Below, piece after piece: positions 56,622 to 64,000 of a stretch of 64,000 bases of DNA. This DNA is from Chthoniobacteraceae bacterium (lineage in GTDB: Bacteria; Verrucomicrobiota; Verrucomicrobiia; Chthoniobacterales; Chthoniobacteraceae), in the NCBI GenBank assembly GCA_031409335.1, contig JANNWY010000325.1, positions 1 through 64,000 of the forward strand, written 5' to 3'. A model generated the notes under the pieces. The model did not search any database and had not been told where the DNA came from. It worked only from the letters and a program-made list of their open reading frames with translations. The stretch's first letter is position 1. Each line of letters starts with the position of its first letter. A program made the translations under genes and the position numbers.

Positions 56622-56696
56622 TCTTCCTCTTCCTCTTCCGCTTAATCTTCCTCCTATCGTGACAGAGGAAGATTAAGCGGAAGAGGAAGAGGAAGA
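56622..56696. repeat. Perfect 32-bp inverted repeat with 11-nt loop
   Basis: TCTTCCTCTTCCTCTTCCGCTTAATCTTCCTC (56622-56653) and its exact reverse complement (56665-56696). Confidence 0.9.
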
Positions 56697-56720
56697 GTGG
56701 CGGGCTGTGAGAAATGCGGG

Positions 56721-59700
56721 CTATCCCTCCCGGCGACGGCGCAGGCCGAGGAGGCTGGCGAGGCCGCTCAGGAGCAGCGCGGCGCTGCCGGGCTCGGGGA
56801 CGGCCTGGCCGATGGGGCCGGCTTCCGCGAAGAGCGGCTCCTCGAAGGACGCGGCGGGCGGCGGGAGGTCGCCGAGGGCGAAGACAGCACCGGGTCCGAT
56901 CTTGAGCGAGGCGAGCGTCTGGCTGATGTTCGTGTTCGTTTCCGCGTTCGCGATGATGCTGGATGTTCCGCTGCCGAGGACGTTGGCGAGATTGGTGCGA
57001 CCTCCCTCGGTGTCGAGCGTGGCGTAGTCCTGAAATCCGTTCAGGTTCAGCGTGCCGGTGCCGAATTTTTTCAGGATGCCGGTGCCGGGACTACTGGCGA
57101 CGATGCTTTGCGAAACGGTGATCGCGAAGCTGTTCGTGTCGATATTCGCGCCGCCGGCTTCCACTACGAGCGAGCCGTCCGGCATGCCGATGAAGAAGTC
57201 GGCGGCGTTGTCGGAAGCCTTGAGCAGGCCGCCATTGAAGTTGAACTGCGCCGCGGAGCTCCCGTCGGTTTTTTGAATGAACCGCGTGATCAGCGTGCCG
57301 CCGTCGAGATCGACCGCGCCATTGCCCGTCGCGGTATGGCCGAGGCGCAGGCTGCGGGCATCGACTGTGCCGGTGCCGGAAATCCGCAGCACGCCGGTGC
57401 CATCTTCGCCGATGATGAAGGAGGTGCCGGCATTCGTGTGGGTGAACGTTCCGCCGCTGATTTCGGCGAGGCCGTTCGATCCGGCGAAACGCCCGATGAC
57501 CGGCCAAGTGCTCGCGCTCAAGGTGCCCGCGGACATGTTCAGCCTGCCGACGCCGAATGCGCCGATTTGGAAATTCGACGCGGTGGTGATCGCGCCGCCG
57601 GTGAGATTCAGCGCGCCCTGCGAAGTGGCGCTGGTGGCGTTGTTGTCGCCACCGATGCGGCTTTCGCCCGCCGCGCCGGTGAGATTCAGCGTGCCGCCGC
57701 TCATCGTCACGGTGCCGATGGCATCGCCCGATCCCGCAGTTTCGGAGCCGATGGCGAGGCGGCCGCCGGTGACGTTGCCGGCTGAAAGTTTCCACTCCGC
57801 CGTGGAGCCGGTCCAGCCGACGTTGATCGTCCCGGCCACGGTCGCCGTGCCGCCGGTCATGTTCCACTCGCTGCCGTTGCTCCGGTCCGCACCGTTGTTT
57901 TCGCCGATCCGGACGTCATCGCCACTCGTCAGCGTGCTCGTTCCGCTTTGATTCAGCCTGCCGACGCCCGCGAGGCTGCCGATGATGATGTGGGTGCCGT
58001 TGCCGGTCGTTTTGTTGAGCGAACCACCGGTGAGATTCACCTCGCCATCGCCACCAGCGCGACCGATCGCGATCCAGCTATCGGCGGACACGCTGCCTCC
58101 GCTGATATTGATCCGCGCGCTGTTGCCGGGGTTGTTCGAGGCCCAGAGTTCACCCGTCGTGGAAATGGTGCCGCCAGTGATTGTGCCGGTTGATATTGGG
58201 CCAGCCGAGCCATCGGAAAACTTGAGGCCGCCGCCGCCGATCGCGAGCGTGCCAGAGGTCATCTCGAGGCTGCCATTGCCGCCGTTCAAACCCACGGCCA
58301 CTGCGCCCGTCACCACCGTTCCCGAGTTGGTGATTTTCAGGGAGGCGGAATTGCCCGGCGTGCTGGCGACGGTGATGCTGTTCGTCCCGGCGATCGTGCC
58401 TTCGTGAATGAACGGCCCGTTCAGAATGGTCGCGCCCGTGTAAGTCGCTGCGCCCGTGAAAGTGAGCGTGCCCGGGCCAGCGTGCGTGAGCGATCCCGCG
58501 CCGCTGATCGCGTTCGCGATGGAAAGACTGTTCGCGCGATTGATCGTGAGCAGTGCGGTCGCGCCGATGCTGACGGCTCCGCTGCCGAGCGAGCCGGTGG
58601 TTCCACCATCGCCGACCGAGAGCGTGCCCGCCGTCACATTGGTGCCAGCGTAGCTATTGCTGCCAGTGAGCACGACGGTGCCGAAGTCCGTGACGCCCAA
58701 GCTGCCCGCGCCGGAGATGTCGCCGGAAAGCGTCAGCGTCGTCCCGGTGGCAGCGGCGGCGTTCGACGTGGAGGAAAGGATGAGCGGCGCGGCGACGGTG
58801 TGGTTTCCCTGAAGCTGCTGGATGAGCGGCGTGCCGAAGCCGTTATTGAGCGTGATGGCATCGCCCGCGCCGCCCGTGATCGTGTAGGGATTCGCGTTGT
58901 CCAAGGTGATGACGCCGACAGTTTTCGGGCCGTTCACCGAGACGGTCGCGGCCGCGGAAATGGCGCTGCCGAAAGTCGCAATCGCGCCCTGGCCGTTCGG
59001 CACGACGCCACCCGCCCAGTTCCCGCCGACCGGCCAGCCGCCGCTGCCATCCGTGATCCACGTCGCGGTGGTCGCGGTGGAAATCGTCAGCTCGATGGTG
59101 GTCGCGCCGAGGTTGTTGGTGATGCCATACACTTTTCCGACCTGGCTGTTGGCGATCGAGAAAAAGCTGTTCAGCGCGACGGGCAGCGTGCCGGCGTAGT
59201 CGAAAAGTGTGTACGTCCCGTTGTCGGTGAACGCCGTCGTGCCGCCGGTCTGGTAAAGATTCAGCGCGGTGCTCGTGAGCGTGAGCCCGTTCGCGCCGGT
59301 GATGGCGATGAGATCGTGGCCCGCGTTCAGCGTCGCTCCGAAGTCCAATTCAAAGTCCACGAAGCTGCCAGCATTCAGCGCGAGCGATGGCACGGTGAGC
59401 GTGCCGACGGCAACATCGAGCGCCGCCAGATGACCGCCCGCATTCACCGCAAAGCCCGCCGGGAAAGTGCCGCCCGCGGCGAGGGTGCCGCCATTGACGC
59501 TGGTCGTGCCGGTGTGCGCGTAGATGCCGGCGAGGGAAAGGGTGCCGGCTCCGGTTTTCGTGAGCCCGCCATTCGTCGCCGCTGATCCGCCGGTGAGCGT
59601 GAGGACGTTGCCCGCCGTGGACACATCGACCACGGCGGTCTTGCCGGAGCTGATTGTGAAATCGCGATTCGTCGAGGCGGAGAAGCCGGTGAATTGGAGC

Positions 59701-61463
59701 GCACCGCCATTGAAGACGAGATTCCCCGCCGCACTCGGCGACGCGCCGAGGCTGCTCGCGATGCCGCCATCCGCGATCGAGTTCACGCTGAGCGTGCCCG
59801 CGGTGATCGTGGTGGGGCCGCTGTAAGTATTCGCACCGGAACCGACGGTGAGCGTGCCGTTGCCGAGCTTGGTCACGCCGCCGGTGGTCACATTCGCGCC
59901 GATGACTGGAGCGCCCAGCGTTGCCACGGCGGTGGAGCCGCTTTCCACCACGGCGACGGAAGCCGTCGTGTAGCCGGTGCCCGGATTCGTGATGGTGATG
60001 CCCGTGATGACGCCGCCGCTCATGTTCGCGATCGCGGTCGCGCCGATGCCGTCGCCGGTGATTTTGATGATCGGCTGCGCGGCATATGCGGTGCCGCCGA
60101 AAGTCACCGGGATCGAGGCCACGCCATCGCCGGTCGGCGCGGCGAGCGATTGGTTGACGGTGATGTTGTTGCCGTTCGTGTCAAAAATCGCGCCGCCCGG
60201 ACCGACGATCGCGCTGTCGAGACCCTGGAGATACTGCGTGGTGGAAATACGCGGCTGCATCACGCCGCCATTTAGATAGAGGAAGCTTAACGCGCCATTG
60301 TCCACGATGCGGTCCACCTTCAAGACGCCGCCGCCGAGATTCACCGTGCCGGTGCCGCCGTTTTCCGAGATGCGCAGGTCGCCGCCATTCGTGGCTTCCA
60401 TCGAGCCGCCGGTCATATTCACCACGCCAGTGCCGCCGAGGCTGCCGATGATGAAAAAGCGCCCGCTGCCGGCGGTCATGCGCGCGGAGCCGGTGCCGCT
60501 GATATTCAACACGCCGTAGGAATTTGCCTGCCGCCCCACGGCGAGCCAGCTATTGGTTGCCACCACGCCGCCGCTCAGGTCCATGAGGCCATTGCTGCCT
60601 CCGCCCTGCCCGACCCAAAGTTCCCCGCTCGCATTCACCTGCCCGCCCGAGATCGTCGCAAAACCGCGTCCGACATTCGTCGCATTGTTGGCGCCGCCGA
60701 TGGTGAAAAGGTTCGAATTCACCGTGCCGCTGCTCACGTTGAGCAAGCCGGTCGTGTTCACATTTTTCCCGATGAACAGCACCCCGGGGCTGGTCACCGT
60801 CGCCGTCCCACTGACATCCAAAACGCCGCGGCTGGTGCCGACATCCGCCACGTTGAAATCCCCCGTCGCGCTCAGGCCGCCGCCGCTGATGTTGTAAAAA
60901 CCGTTGCCATTCGCCCCGATGCTGAACCAGCCATTCGTCTTGTTCACGATGCCGCCCGTCTGATTCACCGTGCCCGTCGAGCCCGCGTTCGACGCCAGCA
61001 TAAACCCTTGGCCACCGCTGAAATTGAGCGTGCCGCCGCTCACATTCATCGTCCCCGTGCCGCTCTCGCCCACCAGCACCTGCGCGCCCGTGACGGTATT
61101 CGTGCCGCCACTCACGTTAAAAATACCCGTGCCACCCGCTCCGGTGGCGATGCGGAAAAATCCGGTCTGCGTGATGGCCCCCGCCGTCTGATTCAACGTG
61201 GCCGTGCCGCCTGCCGTGTCGTTCACCCGGATGTCAGTCACCGTCACCGCATTGGCCGAAATCGTCGGATCGGGGAAAGCACCCACGTTGGGATTCACGA
61301 TTGCGTTGGTCGCGGCGGGATACCCAGCCGTCCAGTTCGCGGCATCGTTCCAATCCAGACTGCTCACCCCAGTCCAGACGGAGTCAGCGAGAACCGGAAG
61401 CGAGCCGAGCAGCAGGCTGGCGATGGAGGTGGCGAGGAAAGTGGTGGGACGTGGAGTTTTCAT
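56721..61463 (-). CDS. PEP-CTERM surface protein with autotransporter-associated beta-strand repeats
   Basis: Signal peptide; repeated LTKxGxGTLxL..NxYxG; C-terminal VPEPGS + TM + RRRR. Confidence 0.92.
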   Translation of the reverse strand: MKTPRPTTFLATSIASLLLGSLPVLADSVWTGVSSLDWNDAANWTAGYPAATNAIVNPNVGAFPDPTISANAVTVTDIRVNDTAGGTATLNQTAGAITQTGFFRIATGAGGTGIFNVSGGTNTVTGAQVLVGESGTGTMNVSGGTLNFSGGQGFMLASNAGSTGTVNQTGGIVNKTNGWFSIGANGNGFYNISGGGLSATGDFNVADVGTSRGVLDVSGTATVTSPGVLFIGKNVNTTGLLNVSSGTVNSNLFTIGGANNATNVGRGFATISGGQVNASGELWVGQGGGSNGLMDLSGGVVATNSWLAVGRQANSYGVLNISGTGSARMTAGSGRFFIIGSLGGTGVVNMTGGSMEATNGGDLRISENGGTGTVNLGGGVLKVDRIVDNGALSFLYLNGGVMQPRISTTQYLQGLDSAIVGPGGAIFDTNGNNITVNQSLAAPTGDGVASIPVTFGGTAYAAQPIIKITGDGIGATAIANMSGGVITGITITNPGTGYTTASVAVVESGSTAVATLGAPVIGANVTTGGVTKLGNGTLTVGSGANTYSGPTTITAGTLSVNSIADGGIASSLGASPSAAGNLVFNGGALQFTGFSASTNRDFTISSGKTAVVDVSTAGNVLTLTGGSAATNGGLTKTGAGTLSLAGIYAHTGTTSVNGGTLAAGGTFPAGFAVNAGGHLAALDVAVGTLTVPSLALNAGSFVDFELDFGATLNAGHDLIAITGANGLTLTSTALNLYQTGGTTAFTDNGTYTLFDYAGTLPVALNSFFSIANSQVGKVYGITNNLGATTIELTISTATTATWITDGSGGWPVGGNWAGGVVPNGQGAIATFGSAISAAATVSVNGPKTVGVITLDNANPYTITGGAGDAITLNNGFGTPLIQQLQGNHTVAAPLILSSTSNAAAATGTTLTLSGDISGAGSLGVTDFGTVVLTGSNSYAGTNVTAGTLSVGDGGTTGSLGSGAVSIGATALLTINRANSLSIANAISGAGSLTHAGPGTLTFTGAATYTGATILNGPFIHEGTIAGTNSITVASTPGNSASLKITNSGTVVTGAVAVGLNGGNGSLEMTSGTLAIGGGGLKFSDGSAGPISTGTITGGTISTTGELWASNNPGNSARINISGGSVSADSWIAIGRAGGDGEVNLTGGSLNKTTGNGTHIIIGSLAGVGRLNQSGTSTLTSGDDVRIGENNGADRSNGSEWNMTGGTATVAGTINVGWTGSTAEWKLSAGNVTGGRLAIGSETAGSGDAIGTVTMSGGTLNLTGAAGESRIGGDNNATSATSQGALNLTGGAITTASNFQIGAFGVGRLNMSAGTLSASTWPVIGRFAGSNGLAEISGGTFTHTNAGTSFIIGEDGTGVLRISGTGTVDARSLRLGHTATGNGAVDLDGGTLITRFIQKTDGSSAAQFNFNGGLLKASDNAADFFIGMPDGSLVVEAGGANIDTNSFAITVSQSIVASSPGTGILKKFGTGTLNLNGFQDYATLDTEGGRTNLANVLGSGTSSIIANAETNTNISQTLASLKIGPGAVFALGDLPPPAASFEEPLFAEAGPIGQAVPEPGSAALLLSGLASLLGLRRRREG

Positions 61464-61740
61464 GAATGACGGGATGGGTAAGAGGACGGCGAAATGCTCG
61501 TGAAAGAGGGAGCAGGCCAAAAAATGAACTCCACCGCCGCCATCCCCACAATGAGCTTCAGCGCATTAGAAATGTGTTTTCGCGTATATTTGAAACACCG
61601 CGAAAATCACCCCGCGCCAGCCTCTGCCCACGCCGCCCGTTTTGAGAAATCCCGCGCGGGAAAAAAAGTCAGCGAGCCACCCGCGCGAGCACGGCCTTCT
61701 GCGCGTGGAGGCGGTTCTCGGCTTGGGAAAAGATCGTGTC

Positions 61741-61932
61741 GGCGGGAAAATCATCGCGCGCGAAAGTGTGAGCGCGCTGCGCAAGGACGTGACGGCGAAG
61801 TGCTACGGCGGCGACATTTCCCGAAAACGCAAACTGCTCGAAAAGCAGAAGGAAGGGAAAAAGCGGATGAAGTCGATCGGTCGCGTGAACATCCCGCAGG
61901 AGGCGTTCATCCAAGTGCTGAAGACGAACTGA
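61741..61932 (+). pseudogene. lepA: Duplicated 3' end of lepA (63 codons plus stop)
   Basis: Direct repeat of 56134-56325; identical protein sequence; no 5' part of the gene. Confidence 0.95.
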
Positions 61933-61966
61933 AATGTGACACGGGCTGGAAAGCCCGTGTCACATT
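61933..61966. repeat. Perfect 15-bp hairpin (REP-like or terminator) directly after the lepA fragment
   Basis: AATGTGACACGGGCT-GGAA-AGCCCGTGTCACATT. Confidence 0.75.
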
Positions 61967-62289
61967 CATTCAGCCCACTGATTGCAAGTGCGGCGCGGTC
62001 GCGCCATCTGGCACCACGCCATGCCGAATGCGCCGATCATTCCCGCCGAAAAAGATTAGCCAGCCATCGGGCATGCGGTCCGCGGAACCGCAGAAGACCA
62101 CGTCGCGCGCCCCTCGTTCGGGGACTGGCAAAGGCTCCCACTCAGACGCTGGTAGTCTTCCATGGTTCTTGGGCGGTCATACGCAATGGACGGCTCACAA
62201 CCTCATTCCCGCAGATGATTCTGGAACTTCACTATCGAATATTCTTACGACCCCTTTCGACCCCTTTCGCCGACCCCTTTCGCGACCTT

Positions 62290-62868
62290 CCCGCGCCAGT
62301 TTATAAAGCGTCGCCGAGACCGTGTACGGCGCGTGCGGACTCAGCCCGAAACTATCCAGCGGCCGCGTCTTCGCCGCGAAAAAAACTCAACGCCCCCGCC
62401 ATCGCCCGCTCCGTCGGCAACCGGTGCCGGATGTCGATCATTTCGCGAAACCACCAAGTCCGCAGCGGCGACAGCGGCAGCCGCAGCATCAGCTCCGGGA
62501 AGGATTCGATATGCCCGATCGTCGTCGTCCCCCAGCGCCGCGACTCCGCGAATCCCTTCGCGATCGCCGCCAGATAGTCGTCATCATCGAGACTGCGTTT
62601 CAATGCATTGATCCGCCGCACCCATGCCGTGAAACTCTTCGGCGGATCGATCGCGTGCCGCGTCATTGAGCAATCAAGATGGCAATGTGCATTGATGATC
62701 TCCGGCATCAGCACCACCTCGCCGAGATGTGTCACCGCGCCCGGATGCGCCGTCATCACCTCCGCCGAATCGCCCACCGCCACGATACGATTCCCCTCGA
62801 CGGCGACCGCGTCATTTTCAATCGGCGAGCCTTCGATGGGCAGGACGGTGCGTGCGCGAAAAAATCAT
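62290..62868 (-). pseudogene. Frameshifted, truncated amidohydrolase (MTA/SAH-deaminase-like)
   Basis: MIF/RARTVLP needs a frameshift at a T6 run; INAHCHLD; GTTT; GLSPHAPYTVS appears in another frame; similarity ends near 62290. Confidence 0.8.
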
Positions 62869-63013
62869 GGTTTAGTGAGTCGCGAAGAGCCGCCCGAGTC
62901 CAGCCTGCGTGTCAAGGGACGCGACGCGCTGGGTCACGCAAGGTGATGCTCGCGGGAGAGAAGTGATCACGAGTCAGGAGCGAACTGCTCCTCAGTGACC
63001 ATCCGTAACTTAT

Positions 63014-64000
63014 CTAGAATTTCACATTCGCGAAGATCGCAGCTTCTTCGCCGGAGGAGAGATTCCGGCGGATGTCGCCTTCGGCAAAAGTCACGCCGAG
63101 GGTGAGGTTGCGGTTCACCCGCGCACTGAGCGTGTAGCGCCATCCGAAGTGTTGATCGCCCGACGGTAGGAGCGGCGTGTACGCGAAGTTTCCGGACAGG
63201 CTTGAGACCAGCCACTCGGTGTGATTGTAGTAAAGAGCTAGGAGCGCAGTCGTCTGATCCCCGTCGAGATTCGCATCTCCGGCGTCCCAAAATCGCGTGT
63301 AATCGACCTCGGCCAGCAGTGACCACTTTCGGGAAATACCCCAGCGCGCGTAGCCGCCAATACGCATCCGATCCGATTGCTCGGAAAATCCGGTGAGCGC
63401 CTGGACGCCGAGCGCGAGACGGTTCGTCGGATAGGTTTCATACATAAATCCGCCGCCCCATTCCCGCCGGCTGCCGGACTCGTCGAAAGTCGGCGCGTAA
63501 ACGTATGCGGAAGCCAGATACTTTTCCGTCCATTTAAAATACTTGAGCTGCAGCGGGTAGTCGAAAATCCCGTCCCGATTCAGGTGCAGAATGTAAGTCG
63601 TGTAGTCGTCGATTTGAATACCGATCGGCAGGTAGTCGCGGCCAAGCACCAGTTCGCTCCCGCCCTTCGCTCCACCGCCGTCGATGCGCCATTCGAACGT
63701 CGCCTTTTTTAGAAACACCGTCCCGCCACCCGTGGCGGTAAGGTTCGACCCGAGCGCAGTGTTTCGCAGCCCTGTGTCGCGCAAGCCCACTTCATAGTTC
63801 ACGCGAAACTTCTGCTTTATCCCGAGGAAGATGATCTGCCGAATCAGCGCGGAAAACGTGGGATCGGTCTTGGCGGTATCGAACTCCTGATTGATGCGGG
63901 TCGTGGTCGTGAAATCGGCGAGCACGTTTCCAAAACGGCCTTCCCAATCGCCCTCGGCGTATTTGTCCCCGAGAATATACGAGGCACCCCGCGCCGAGAA
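63014..64000 (-). CDS. Probable outer-membrane beta-barrel protein (5' partial)
   Basis: Frame open to the window edge; alternating aromatic strands; C-terminal Phe (ANVKF). Confidence 0.65.
   Translation of the reverse strand, partial: FSARGASYILGDKYAEGDWEGRFGNVLADFTTTTRINQEFDTAKTDPTFSALIRQIIFLGIKQKFRVNYEVGLRDTGLRNTALGSNLTATGGGTVFLKKATFEWRIDGGGAKGGSELVLGRDYLPIGIQIDDYTTYILHLNRDGIFDYPLQLKYFKWTEKYLASAYVYAPTFDESGSRREWGGGFMYETYPTNRLALGVQALTGFSEQSDRMRIGGYARWGISRKWSLLAEVDYTRFWDAGDANLDGDQTTALLALYYNHTEWLVSSLSGNFAYTPLLPSGDQHFGWRYTLSARVNRNLTLGVTFAEGDIRRNLSSGEEAAIFANVKF

Noticed and set aside
61642..61932. Standalone 96-aa protein
   Set aside because: Similarity to LepA starts abruptly at 61741; the upstream part has a weak start and looks non-coding.

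Overview
Bacterial chromosome segment, most likely from a Verrucomicrobiota (Chthoniobacter/Spartobacteria-like) host. This is inferred from the PEP-CTERM protein, lamin-tail/CotH proteins, REP-like palindromes and gene style. Positions 1 to about 26,817 are a lower-GC, composite integrative and mobilizable island whose left end lies outside the window. In order it carries: ardC; an array of four structured direct repeats of about 120-490 bp, each separated by a cargo module; a RelE-type/HTH addiction module; a type I R-M operon with an embedded, translationally coupled SIR2-HerA-SIR2 triad between hsdS and hsdR; a VirD4/TraD-like coupling protein; an SNase nuclease; a MobA/MobL relaxase; AlpA; a P4-type integrase beside an apparently intact attP with a tRNA-Pro 3' core; a candidate type I toxin; an ECF sigma factor; and a mini-SRAP. 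From about 26.9 kb on, the DNA is high-GC host sequence: comB, tonB/exbBD, def, a Ras-like GTPase with a degenerate histidine kinase and a REC-MBL protein, C25-like and large secreted proteins, a TPR protein, a permease, Uma2, hpnJ, tRNA-Asn, an epimerase and lepA. A PEP-CTERM gene is bracketed by a 192-bp duplication of the lepA 3' end that differs only at synonymous sites. The window ends with an amidohydrolase pseudogene and a partial outer-membrane protein. All calls were made by eye from motifs; no searches were run.
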